Source of the DNA: Opitutales bacterium
GTDB taxonomy: Bacteria > Verrucomicrobiota > Verrucomicrobiia > Opitutales > UBA2987
NCBI GenBank assembly: GCA_965226885.1
Contig: CBDDEL010000017.1
Location: 320,001-384,000 of the forward strand
Direction: 5' to 3'
DNA length: 64,000 nt
Positions within the stretch are counted from its first letter, which is position 1. Every line of letters starts with the position of its first letter. Shown here in pieces: positions 10,301 through 19,279 of the stretch. A program made the position numbers and the translations under genes. The notes beneath the pieces were generated by a model. The model did no database searches. It was not told the origin of the DNA and saw only the letters and a list, made by a program, of their open reading frames with translations.

Positions 10301-11557
10301 GCCACCGCCATACCCGGTGAAATTCAGGTCGCGGCGCTTGATGACGCCACCGACCCCACCGTCGTTGTCTTGAGCTGGATTTCGGGAAGCGGCCCCTCGA
10401 CCATTTCCTATGCCTATACCGATACTGCCGGAGTAGTCGAAATCCCGGAAACCGAACTGACGGGTAATACCGTTGGAAACTACCACGGCTTGCAGCTTAT
10501 AGCGGGAGATAACAGGGATGCCGTTTTGATGGCTTTGTTTACGAATAACCCGGGCGCGGACGAATTAAGGGTTTTTAATTTGGTTTTCGATAATGGTGTC
10601 ACCGGGAACGACCGGGACTCCGACGGCATGAACGACATCAAGGAGCTACGGATTGTCGATGTGGATAATGTGGACGCCTTCGTCACGGTTGACGATGTCC
10701 TGCCCGGCGATGATTTCGACGGCGACCGGTTTTCCAATTTCGAGGAGATTGCGGACGGCTCCGACCCGACAAACCCGCTCGATATTCCCGACATCGGGGG
10801 TGTCGTAGTTGAGACCACGCTGCCCGAAGCGAGTGAATTTAGTTTGATTGAGGGCAGTTTCACCATCACGAGGCCGGACAGCGACTTGACGCAGTCCCTA
10901 ACCGTGAATATGAATGATTCCGGAAGCAGCGCACTGGCCGGAACGGATTTCGTGGACTTTGCAAATTCGGTGGATATTCCCATCAATTCCTTAATTCAAA
11001 CGGTATCCGTGACCCCCATGGCCGACACCGAGGCGGAGGGCGATGAGTCTGTGGTATTGAATCTGGAATCGAGCCCCAATTACAATCTCGGTGCCGAGGA
11101 CAGCGCGACCGTGATCCTCAAGGACCTCCCGGCGGACGATTGGAGGTTCCACAATCTACTAAATCCCAACAGCCCGGAAGCGGCGGACGGGGCCGATCCC
11201 GATAATGACGGCATTTCCAACCTGCTGGAATACGCTCTCTTGCTCGGTCCTGGGGTGCCCGATACGATCTTACTGCCCGAACTGTTGCTGGACGAAGATG
11301 AGCAGGGCGACTTCCACCTCACCCTAGGTTATACCAGAAATATCAACGCCATCGACCTCATTTATACCATCGAGGTCTCAGAGGACCTGCAAACATGGAC
11401 ATCCAATACGCCGGGGCAGGAAGATGTCACCACGGAGATTTCCCGGATTGACAATTTCGATGGTACGGAGACCGTCACCGAGCGCGACAATGGAAACCTG
11501 AACGATAGCCAAAACCGCTACCTGCGCCTCCGGGTGGAGCGCGCCGCGAGCCCCTGA
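4395..11557 (+). pseudogene. Giant (~2380 aa) secreted/surface protein split by an in-frame TAG (4782-4784) and a frameshift in T5 (5525-5529)
   Basis: Signal peptide and carboxypeptidase-regulatory-like Ig repeats (GRVTDSATG.GIEGA.V); 4395 and 4854 ORFs share a frame across the TAG; one extra T joins the 4854 and 5528 ORFs. Confidence 0.75.
5528..11557 (+). CDS. Main ORF of the giant surface protein: Ig-like repeat, beta-rich region, DxDxDG Ca-binding repeats, Calx-beta, Verrucomicrobia-type C-terminal domain
   Basis: DRDSDGMND, DFDGDRFSNFEE, DPDNDGISNLLEY; Calx-beta DTEAEGDESVVLNL; terminal YTIEVSEDLQTW...RYLRLRV. Confidence 0.8.
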   Translation: MTGLVFQLDGLKDTNTEGIHRTQFSYTIQGLEDSRAFFHLLPGRYRVSVGSIDRFGFVDRYYTGEEYFDLSIGEPIYGGFHEVDPTITLEVAPAKVRGRLFAADALGEFELQDSFFNSNRSRKPAYKPKQAEGIYLVEYLTEFTDPGDPASPLVADDPVDLNVDLGDGPYLPPDQRVVSVDTDESGLFSIAVLPGRYGLRIPALNEVEGVDGSGYWGSHVILRDLTTGATSTQDWPLHQEWPSGFTSPTPFPIALQSNHEYELDIFVRKQVVEIRGEVRPIDDPIRRLLANVDDLGTSGNTSGHSGFEDLVDNGGMATLVSPNGTQMEALFIFNDPGQDPDIAYQISNVVAGTHSLSLTHSRFTFEHDGNALPIDIVLHAWKGPGELPTLDPADSSFVEPLTTVIINPDVFGTYTPSNTVIMVRRFDVDPNPGPEDPEYIESSVIGDAAFTTIAVQPSYADGKIFVFESIWPVGSFSFWIGRDFDGSVTWFEGSTNGSKTISLHYGGSSNSFTDPQPFNTVRAHYKSINFDDPATEITGTAFTLDIDGTPTVFSTPHTQSNIKGSFGFSNVTHPSNWIINSSETRLTNLSGPEFTVTILMKRSFDIAGTVKTGVFPIEGATVEIKGRFNNTLKEFTTGSDGTFAQTMASEIIFVDITAPGYLPWRERYNPAVLTGDPPTLTISANLIPIDPPAFGTITLDRFGLFLPGVNKSGDQDAFYGFNASGPLTLTVEAIATPQNLPISYDLLPFDSANGEAGDSQSVELPDAISEIWIIDPRKFPVNPEQVPPLTGNPFNETPVPISPPSSGRPEDSLKWLQEIESGVIPNVFFQKVTDFTLNGDEATAVATIPLWELPPGDFDPIFVAVTRQGAITIKSDFQYPDPVETHRLEGARMPPWLAFVADTLGTVAGVIRTNNAIADIQNPNLVGQPLDLSSFIPEGRFKPLPEFTADIGLDEDNDGFLLYDYNIAVNVNEGMETPASGMLGLSPGILGLNLLASAGVAVSGHEKSVSLTVQGTATTKEDIDLEEYLPKKLFGFQPEETHLKPAITLRTAATSFLDDNNKLEAQLRHQVIGAMQTGLKFNLQPITSKIPYVGPVLLSLDKAKKFQILGTLDGAISLDSQTTWSTVRPRIFEAESITTDHRFRRHFMGGDENISIPAGEQPQNSNRFELGFNFGAGIEIKTKSALGATGRIALQGEEKVIPGFEDPLPVATVVFNDEADWPYLTRIQGAINLSLEARLDLGITELKKGWDWDLITFEHNFGNVEESGSSAKGLSLGLFGGGGPTASATLPTTPPVFQLVPLTITDAVVELENLSPVDYTGETPQTVLDFLEVGSYAGAPGSVEALVFTDLAVEPDLAAGNMTLKIALRTGENSWGAPVVIADAPGMAEVTITQLSGGQWMAGWVEIAGDDLLDPFGPMSIKTALSSDATAASWLVENFDTVADLTDSRAKDLRFTIGSSLVGLVFLETDGGPASSDFAIRGATWDGNDWSLDETPLLPTTTLSGFEAAGAGVSGSDVAQIVYVNGDQELYAIEWDGSIAGTTELLSDSATGTLAIAAGEADTFYAAYGLLGGGIGLSKFDSVWSDLGTPSATAIPGEIQVAALDDATDPTVVVLSWISGSGPSTISYAYTDTAGVVEIPETELTGNTVGNYHGLQLIAGDNRDAVLMALFTNNPGADELRVFNLVFDNGVTGNDRDSDGMNDIKELRIVDVDNVDAFVTVDDVLPGDDFDGDRFSNFEEIADGSDPTNPLDIPDIGGVVVETTLPEASEFSLIEGSFTITRPDSDLTQSLTVNMNDSGSSALAGTDFVDFANSVDIPINSLIQTVSVTPMADTEAEGDESVVLNLESSPNYNLGAEDSATVILKDLPADDWRFHNLLNPNSPEAADGADPDNDGISNLLEYALLLGPGVPDTILLPELLLDEDEQGDFHLTLGYTRNINAIDLIYTIEVSEDLQTWTSNTPGQEDVTTEISRIDNFDGTETVTERDNGNLNDSQNRYLRLRVERAASP

Positions 11558-11622
11558 AATATTGGGGCTAAAACTTGACAATTGAAAGGGGTGGGCTTTC
11601 TTAGTCCTGTTCAGCATATAAT

Positions 11623-11660
11623 GGGTCGGTAGCTCAATGGTAGAGCAGTGGCCTTTTAAG
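11623..11660 (+). tRNA. tRNA-Lys(UUU) 5' fragment, truncated just after the anticodon loop
   Basis: GGGTCGG TA GCTC AATGGTA GAGC A GTGGC CTTTTAA G then non-tRNA sequence; TTGACA at 11575-11580 upstream. Confidence 0.8.
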
Positions 11661-12054
11661 TTTTTCAAGGGGTTTATCCTGTATTAGCCCACCTTAACTT
11701 AATGTTGGTAATCAGTCGGTTACGAGTTTTTGATACATCCCGAATTTAGTCCAAATTGGCCTATTTTTTTGATTGAGTGTAGAAAAAGGGTGTAGTACTT
11801 AAAATATTTAACTAATTTATTACCGTTTGCCAATGCCTTGGAGAGATGCTAACGCAAACAAAGAAAAAGGAGCCTCCATCTTGCGAGATTCCTTAAAGTC
11901 CCATTGGCAGCGAGTAAATTGCTGTTATTCCAGCAACCGCAGACAAGGGGGCGGGGTCAGGCAATTTCCCCGGTGGCGATATACATATTATTCAAGTGTC
12001 GATCAAAATTTTTTCTGAAAGGGGGGATTAGAACCTGCCTCGAAGCACCATGCA

Positions 12055-13071
12055 TCAGTCGGCTCGAACGGCCATGGTCATGGCCTTGATGAACCCAATA
12101 CCATACGCCCAGTAGCGGTGTCCCCAGTTGGAGTCACCCTCGATGCGAATGCAGTGATCGGGTGTTAGGTAGCCATCAAAACCGACTGCGTGACAAGCTT
12201 GCATGACCGCGACCATGTCTGTTTGGCCCTCATCAGGAAAGTTCTCATAGAACTTCTCCGCCGTCCCGGGAATGTTACGAAAGTGAATCCAGAACAATTT
12301 CCCGCGTTCGCCGAAGTAGCGAATCTCTTCCGTCACGTTCGCTCCCATTTCCGTGAAGCAACCCACGCAGAAGAGGAGTCCGTTATTCTCACTCGGAACC
12401 ATCTCGATGAGCCGCCGAAAGGCCTCTGGGTTTCGCATGATGCGTGCCACGCCTCCGATCTCGGGAACCAATGGGTCATCGGGGTGCATGGCCAATTTGA
12501 CGCCTGCTTTTTCCGCAACCGGTATAACGGCTTTAAGGAAATAATGTAGATTCTCCCACATCTCATTGTCTCCTATGGGCCGCCGGTGACTGTCTGGAAT
12601 GAGGTGTGCCACACTACCCCCGCCGGGGATGGAGGTGCCGGAGGTGAACTGAGGCGCGTCCTTGACCAGATCGGCATCGAAGCTTGTGCTGCGCGCGTTG
12701 CCCCTGACCGGTGCGTGGGAGGACGTGCGGTAAAACTGCATGGCGTGGATGTTGTAGGTGTAAACCGGGATGCCGACCATCCCCATGTTGCGAAGGGTCC
12801 GTTGGCAGTTTTCAATCTGCTCATCGCGCCCGGGGAGACCCAGCATCCACTTGTAGTTCCAGATCCACTGAGCATTGCCGCCGAGAGCACCCATCCTCAT
12901 CCCATGGCTCTCGATCCTGGTCTTGAGCCCCTGGAGATTAGTGAAAGTATAGAAGCCCTTATCCAGGTCCACATCTTTCGGATCCGCCATGATCCCTTCC
13001 ACACCCAACTGCCTGAGGAATTTCAACTTTCCCTCGGTAATTTCCCCTATGTGATCCATTCCAGGCTTCAT
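12055..13071 (-). CDS. uxuA: Mannonate dehydratase (UxuA) family protein
   Basis: YFLKAVIPVAEKAGVKLAMHPDDP, FCVGCF, IHFRN and PDH motifs; GGAG RBS. Confidence 0.8.
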   Translation of the reverse strand: MKPGMDHIGEITEGKLKFLRQLGVEGIMADPKDVDLDKGFYTFTNLQGLKTRIESHGMRMGALGGNAQWIWNYKWMLGLPGRDEQIENCQRTLRNMGMVGIPVYTYNIHAMQFYRTSSHAPVRGNARSTSFDADLVKDAPQFTSGTSIPGGGSVAHLIPDSHRRPIGDNEMWENLHYFLKAVIPVAEKAGVKLAMHPDDPLVPEIGGVARIMRNPEAFRRLIEMVPSENNGLLFCVGCFTEMGANVTEEIRYFGERGKLFWIHFRNIPGTAEKFYENFPDEGQTDMVAVMQACHAVGFDGYLTPDHCIRIEGDSNWGHRYWAYGIGFIKAMTMAVRAD

Positions 13072-13337
13072 ACTCGTCGTTCTCCTTTATCGATCCAATT
13101 TTCTGCTTTCATTGTGATTTGGCAATTTTTTTACTTGGTGGAATGAATCTTACGCCAATATACCTCGTTTACATCTCCTGGTTCGTCTGGGTTATCAGCT
13201 ATTTGAAGTTTTGCTTCCTGTTGCCTGATCTTTTCCAAAGCGGGTGGAAGGGCGATAATTGACTGCTGATACCAATAAGCGATTACTGAAACGACTTGAA
13301 AACAGAAAATTGGATCGTTCAACGATTATGAATGTCC

Positions 13338-14133
13338 GGTAGTGTTAACATTTTGAATGTTTAAGCTGTACTTTTTAGCGTGATTATGTTGTGAACTGGG
13401 AATGGTCCATATCACAGTAAAATGTCCTCAATGCGGAAGCGATCACATCATCAAGCACGGCAAGGATCCGAAAGGGGTTCAGAAGTATCGATGCAAGGGG
13501 TGTGGTTATCAGTTTCGGCTTCACCCCAAAAGTCGTGAGCATCCTCCGGCGCTGGTCAAGCAGGTGCTCCGTGCGCACCAAAACCGGATGAGCCTGCGTG
13601 CCATTTACCGTACCTTCGGGGTAGCCCCAAAGACGGTCATCGAATGGATTAAAAAAAAGTCCTGAGTTTGCCGAAGCTGGAGTCCACTCTGCTTGCCCGC
13701 CAGTGTAGTGATGTGCTGGAACTGGACGAGGTGTGGTCATTCTGGGGCGATAAGCGTTCGGGGCAGGTATGGCTATGGGTAGCCTTGTGTCGACGTACCC
13801 GACAGGTCGTCGGGTTTTCTCTGGGTGATCGTAGCGATCAAACGTGCTGGCAGTTGTATCACAACATCGCCCAGCCCTATCGCGACTGTGCCACCGTAAG
13901 CGATTACTGGGAAAGCTACGACAAGGTTTTCCCTCACAACAGCGCCAGCGGGAAACAATCCGGCCAAACCGCCCATATCGAACGCTGGAACAATACCTTG
14001 CGACAGTCCCTGTCACGCTATGTGCGTAAAACGCTGTCATTCTCGAAGTCTTTGGTCATGCATTTTCGCGTCCTATGCTTGTTCATCTGGGAATACAACA
14101 GCAATATCAAACATTCGTCATGTTAACACTACC
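13338..14133 (+). mobile_element. IS1-family element type A, copy 1 (insA 13402-13665, insB to 14126, -1 frameshift at A8G)
   Basis: IR GGTAGTGTTAACAT; 8-bp TSD GAATGTCC; CPQC..YRCKGC zinc finger; ELDEVWSF and [10 protein letters not shown] motifs. Confidence 0.93.
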
Positions 14134-14237
14134 GAATGTCCATATGGGAAATCTCGGATATTATCCCCTGAATGTATTTGGCTTTTGTAGTATTGACTCA
14201 TCCCGTAATTGCTCTTATTGCTGGAATAATTCGTTGA

Positions 14238-14432
14238 TTGATGAGACATCGTTGTGAAGAATGCGGGAAGACTGTAGATGTCGATACCGGAAAATGCCCT
14301 TATTGTGGAGGCGAACTGATCCCCAATCTTATTGGAAATAAATTCCTCATTGGTTTTATCATTGTAATAGTTATAGCGATGGCGGGAGTCTTTATTGCAC
14401 TGCGTATTTATCAGGAAGGAAACCTTCAATAA
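14238..14432 (+). CDS. Small zinc-ribbon membrane protein (possibly 5'-truncated)
   Basis: CEEC..CPYCG followed by one hydrophobic helix. Confidence 0.5.
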   Translation: MMRHRCEECGKTVDVDTGKCPYCGGELIPNLIGNKFLIGFIIVIVIAMAGVFIALRIYQEGNLQ

Positions 14433-14947
14433 TTTCCTCTTACTCCGACTCTTTGGACCCACTAAATTCAAATTATGGAGATTACATACATAATAGGCAG
14501 TATCGTATTGATTCCTGTCCTGTTTTTTTTATTCTCGGTCTTAATTTCCTTAGAATTGGCAAATTAATTACGAAAACGAAAATCCGGAATGTTCCGGATT
14601 TTTTGCCTGGTTTTACAAAAGCTAGGGGAAGGTTTGTTCATTTGGAGAAAATGCTTCAGAGTCCCTCGCAGAGAGGGAGAACGGTTCAATCTACAAAGCG
14701 ATTGTTCGTGTGGTTCTTAGAGTGGAATAGATAACTGAACCGACAAATGAAGAAGGCGTTGTAAGCTATTTCATCTTCAACTCTTTGGCTGGAAGTTGCA
14801 CCAGTGAGATCAAGTATGGATGATAGATTGTCTCGCCCGGGCCTTGGCGCCGAAGCTCCCGCAAATCTGCCTGCATTTCAATCGGCGGCTCAGTCCAGCC
14901 AACGGTATAAACATCGCCGCTCGCGCTAACTGCACACGACGCGCTAA

Positions 14948-16514
14948 CCCGGATATTTCATGAAGGGTAAAGTTTGGCTCGTTATTGCTATTGGAGATGG
15001 ATTTCTTTGTATTTTGAGCAGATCGTCTTGATTTTTAGGTGTTTTTCAGGGTGTAGAGACACTGCCCCCTTTCCCCCATTGGTTCGGTAGTGCCGGGGGC
15101 AGCACCAATGCACCCTTTAGGTTGGCACCAATCGGCGGGCCGCATGGTTGAAAAGACTGGCCCAAGGATAACTCTCACTTAGGTGAAAGTGAATCGTTCG
15201 GGTGTTGCGCACGATGACCGCTCCGATCTTGATTAATTTGAGCCGCAGGGTGTGGCATTGGGCCCGCGCCCACTTCGTCCCTTTTAAGGCTAACCGGCGC
15301 ATGGCTTCCATCAAGGTGTAGGCCAGCGCCGACAAGAGCAATCGCCACTGATTGGCCCACCATTGATGGGCGCTGGTGCGCTCGCTGAACAATTGCATCT
15401 GTTCCTTGATTCGGTTCTCCATTTCACCGCGGCCACAGTATACCTTGTCGTAAAGCTCCTGGGGATCGCCCGGCAGGTTCGTCACCACGAAGCGCGGGTT
15501 GGACCCCTGTGCGGTGTGTTCGGCTTTATGGATGACCAACCGCAGCCATCGCCACGAATCGGCAGCATAGACGAAGTCCTGGAATAACCGTTGTTTTTCA
15601 CCCCTTAGTTCGAACCATTCTTTGGCCTGCTTTTGCAACTGCTGGGCGTCTTGCTGCAAGCGTGCATTGCGAGCCATCCCCACGATGTAACTAACTTCGT
15701 TGCGGTCGCACCAAGAGAGTATCCGGTCTCGACAAAATCCACTGTCGGCGCGCCAAATAATCCGCGTACGGGGCCAGCTTTGGCGAATCCGTCTAACCAG
15801 CAATTTGAGGATGGCCCCGGCATGCTTGCTGGCATCGATCTTGCTCGGCCGCAGGTAGGCCACCAGCAGCTGATCACCGCAAAAAACATATAGCGGCAGA
15901 AAACAGTAATGATCATAATAACCGTGGAAAAAACGTCCCTCCTGGAGCCCGTGCACCGGATTGTCGGTGGCGTCAAAGTCCAGGATGATCTCTTCGGGTT
16001 CCTCGGCAAAAGAGCCCATGAACTGTTCGACCAACAGCTCGTTTACCGCAAAGGCCGCCCGCCGATCCTGCCCGTTTTCAAAACGACACAAAGTCGGCGC
16101 GCTGGCCAACGTTTCAATGCGCCCCGTTACCGTTTGCAACAATGGATCGTGGCGCAGGGTATCAAAGTCGTTCAAATCCTCATAGCCCGCCACCAGCCCG
16201 TAAACGCGCTGCCGCAGCATCCCCAATACCTCATGGCGTACTTTGCCCTTCTGCCGTTTGTCCACTAACTGTCGGGCCGCTCGTTCGGTCAAGCCCAACT
16301 GCCGATCCACTTCCCGGATCAAAAGCAGTCCGGTATCCGAAGTAACCTCTCCGCCCTTGAAATCAACCCGCACACGGCGGCCTTTTACCCTTGTCAACTG
16401 TAGCTTTAATTGTTTACCTTTTGTCATCGCTGATATTGCTTTAATTATTGATCTATCCTGCTGTATATCAGCAGTTAAGCATATCAACGATACTTTTTTT
16501 ACGAAATATCCGGG
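14948..16514 (-). mobile_element. IS1380 copy 3 (complete)
   Basis: Both IRs; CTAA TSD. Confidence 0.95.
15117..16487 (-). CDS. IS1380-family transposase
   Basis: Near-identical to 262-1632. Confidence 0.95.
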   Translation of the reverse strand: MICLTADIQQDRSIIKAISAMTKGKQLKLQLTRVKGRRVRVDFKGGEVTSDTGLLLIREVDRQLGLTERAARQLVDKRQKGKVRHEVLGMLRQRVYGLVAGYEDLNDFDTLRHDPLLQTVTGRIETLASAPTLCRFENGQDRRAAFAVNELLVEQFMGSFAEEPEEIILDFDATDNPVHGLQEGRFFHGYYDHYCFLPLYVFCGDQLLVAYLRPSKIDASKHAGAILKLLVRRIRQSWPRTRIIWRADSGFCRDRILSWCDRNEVSYIVGMARNARLQQDAQQLQKQAKEWFELRGEKQRLFQDFVYAADSWRWLRLVIHKAEHTAQGSNPRFVVTNLPGDPQELYDKVYCGRGEMENRIKEQMQLFSERTSAHQWWANQWRLLLSALAYTLMEAMRRLALKGTKWARAQCHTLRLKLIKIGAVIVRNTRTIHFHLSESYPWASLFNHAARRLVPT

Positions 16515-16796
16515 CTAACTGCACACGACTCTGCATAGATCATTGCCTTATCATCATCGCTTCGGATCTCGCCGTGATCGGTAATTGCCTCCTTCTCCAT
16601 GCTGTAGGTTAGAAGGTGTACCGATCCAAGTAATCCTTCCTTTGTGGGTGGCGCATGTACGAATCCGTACAACCGATGGCCAGGACCGATCGTTAGCCCA
16701 AGTTGTGCATAATCTGTATTGGCCTCCGCTTCGCGCATATGGTCGGAACGCCAGGGTCCCAACGGCTCCATCAGGTCAGCCGCCGGAGCGTATTTG

Positions 16797-17600
16797 GGTA
16801 GTGTATAAAAAAAGAATGTTATTTTGTATTTTTAGCTGTACAACTAGCGTTAGGCAGTCTATTCTTAGTGCATGGTTACTAAAATTATTAATTGTCGGCA
16901 CTGTGGAAGTGAAAATATCATTAAATTTGGCAAGACGCCCAACCATAAACAGCGCTACCGCTGCCATGATTGTGGTAAACAAAGCCGCGAAAACCCCACA
17001 GTGAAATACACCGAAGAGCAAAAAGAAATGATCCTTCGAGTCTATCAGGAACGCAGCAGTCTACGCGGTTTACAGCGCGCCTTCGGGGTGAGTCCCAACA
17101 CCGTTTTGAGTTGGTTAAAAAAAACGACAATCGCTGCGACCGCTCAAAAGCACGATTCTTGCGGCCCGCCGCCATGATGTCATTGAACTGGACGAACTGT
17201 GGTCTTTTGTGGGGCGCAAGAGCGATGCCCAATGGGTTTGGATCGCTCTTTGCCGACGCACCCGTCAAATCCTCTCCTATGCCATTGGGCCTCGGGATTG
17301 GTATCGTTGCCGGGAACTTTACGAGCGTCTGCCACGGGCCTACAAAAGATGTGCCACCTACAGCGACTTTTGGAGCACTTATGATGAAGTCTTTCCTCAT
17401 AACCGATCCGTGGGAAAAGAGAAACCGGTGAAACGGCCCATGTGGAACGATGGAACAATACCCTGCGCCAACGACTGGGTCGTTTCACACGCAAAACCCT
17501 CTCCTTTTCCAAGCTTAAGAGTATGCATGAAACCTGTCTGAGACTTTTCATTCATCAATATAATCAAGAATTAGCCACCATTCCTACTTAATACACTACC
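16797..17600 (+). mobile_element. IS1-family element type B, copy 1 (insB frameshifted near 17415-17425; no TSD)
   Basis: IR GGTAGTGTAT..ATACACTACC; insA 16872 (CRHC..YRCHDC); ELDELWSF motif; flanks differ. Confidence 0.9.
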
Positions 17601-17708
17601 TAATTGTTTACCTTTTGTCATCGCTGATATTGCTTTAATTATTGATCTATCCTGCTGTATATCAGCAGTTAAGCATATCAACGATACTTTTTTTACGAAA
17701 TATCCGGG
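17601..17708 (-). mobile_element. IS1380 left-end fragment (108 bp)
   Basis: Matches the terminal 108 bp of the other copies; cut by IS1; abuts copy 4 through CTAG. Confidence 0.9.
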
Positions 17709-17712
17709 CTAG

Positions 17713-19279
17713 CCCGGATATTTCATGAAGGGTAAAGTTTGGCTCGTTATTGCTATTGGAGATGGATTTCTTTGTATTTTGAGCAGATCGTCTTGATTTT
17801 TAGGTGTTTTTCAGGGTGTAGAGACACTGCCCCCTTTCCCCCATTGGTTCGGTAGTGCCGGGGGCAGCACCAATGCACCCTTTAGGTTGGCACCAATCGG
17901 CGGGCCGCATGGCTGAAAAGACTGGCCCAAGGATAACTCTCACTTAGGTGAAAGTGAATCGTTCGGGTGTTGCGCACGATGACCGCTCCGATCTTGATTA
18001 ATTTGAGCCGCAGGGTGTGGCATTGGGCCCGCGCCCACTTCGTCCCTTTTAAGGCTAACCGGCGCATGGCTTCCATCAAGGTGTAGGCCAGCGCCGACAA
18101 GAGCAATCGCCACTGATTGGCCCACCATTGATGGGCGCTGGTGCGCTCGCTGAACAATTGCATCTGTTCCTTGATTCGGTTCTCCATTTCACCGCGGCCA
18201 CAGTATACCTTGTCGTAAAGCTCCTGGGGATCGCCCGGCAGGTTCGTCACCACGAAGCGCGGGTTGGACCCCTGTGCGGTGTGTTCGGCTTTATGGATGA
18301 CCAACCGCAGCCATCGCCACGAATCGGCAGCATAGACGAAGTCCTGGAATAACCGTTGTTTTTTACCCCTTAGTTCGAACCATTCTTTGGCCTGCTTTTG
18401 CAACTGCTGGGCGTCTTGCTGCAAGCGTGCATTGCGAGCCATCCCCACGATGTAACTAACTTCGTTGCGGTCGCACCAAGAGAGTATCCGGTCTCGACAA
18501 AATCCACTGTCGGCGCGCCAAATAATCCGCTTACGGGGCCAGCTTTGGCGAATCCGTTTAACCAGCAATTTGAGGATGGCCCCGGCATGCTTGCTGGCAT
18601 CGATCTTGCTCGGCCGCAGGTAGGCCACCAGCAGCTGATCACCGCAAAAAACATATAGCGGCAGAAAACAGTAATGATCATAATAACCGTGGAAAAAACG
18701 TCCCTCCTGGAGCCCGTGCACCGGATTGTCGGTGGCGTCAAAGTCCAGGATGATCTCTTCGGGTTCCTCGGCAAAGGAGCCCATGAACTGTTCGACCAAC
18801 AGCTCGTTTACCGCAAAGGCCGCCCGCCGATCCTGCCCGTTTTCAAAACGACACAAAGTCGGCGCGCTGGCCAACGTTTCAATGCGCCCCGTTACCGTTT
18901 GCAACAATGGATCGTGGCGCAGGGTATCAAAGTCGTTCAAATCCTCATAGCCCGCCACCAGCCCGTAAACGCGCTGCCGCAGCATCCCCAAGACCTCATG
19001 GCGTACTTTGCCCTTCTGCCGTTTGTCCACTAACTGTCGGGCCGCTCGTTCGGTCAAGCCCAACTGCCGATCCACTTCCCGGATCAAAAGCAGTCCGGCA
19101 TCCGAAGTAACCTCTCCGCCCTTGAAATCAACCCGCACACGGCGGCCTTTTACCCTTGTCAACTGTAGCTTTAATTGTTTACCTTTTGTCATCGCTGATA
19201 TTGCTTTAATTATTGATCTATCCTGCTGTATATCAGCAGTTAAGCATATCAACGATACTTTTTTTACGAAATATCCGGG
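17713..19279 (-). mobile_element. IS1380 copy 4 (complete)
   Basis: Both IRs; flanks CTAG (left) and TTAG (right). Confidence 0.95.
17882..19252 (-). CDS. IS1380-family transposase
   Basis: Near-identical to 262-1632. Confidence 0.95.
   Translation of the reverse strand: MICLTADIQQDRSIIKAISAMTKGKQLKLQLTRVKGRRVRVDFKGGEVTSDAGLLLIREVDRQLGLTERAARQLVDKRQKGKVRHEVLGMLRQRVYGLVAGYEDLNDFDTLRHDPLLQTVTGRIETLASAPTLCRFENGQDRRAAFAVNELLVEQFMGSFAEEPEEIILDFDATDNPVHGLQEGRFFHGYYDHYCFLPLYVFCGDQLLVAYLRPSKIDASKHAGAILKLLVKRIRQSWPRKRIIWRADSGFCRDRILSWCDRNEVSYIVGMARNARLQQDAQQLQKQAKEWFELRGKKQRLFQDFVYAADSWRWLRLVIHKAEHTAQGSNPRFVVTNLPGDPQELYDKVYCGRGEMENRIKEQMQLFSERTSAHQWWANQWRLLLSALAYTLMEAMRRLALKGTKWARAQCHTLRLKLIKIGAVIVRNTRTIHFHLSESYPWASLFSHAARRLVPT

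Larger units (their letters stand above)
14766..16796 (-). pseudogene. C-terminal part of a hypothetical protein (possibly beta-propeller), truncated by IS1 and split by IS1380
   Basis: After removing the IS1380 the frame continues: MIYAESCAVSASCAVSASGDVYTVGW...VQLPAKELKMK*. Confidence 0.6.

Noticed and set aside
11650..11760. Group I intron in tRNA-Lys (possible P1 hairpin, GGTAATCAG and TTAGTCC resemble Q and S elements)
   Set aside because: No R element (GACTA) to form P7 and no 3' exon follows; the motifs fit IHF/att-type sequence better.
12020..12040. GGTTCTAATCCC on the minus strand as the missing tRNA-Lys T-arm
   Set aside because: Wrong strand, poor stem pairing and no acceptor-stem complement.
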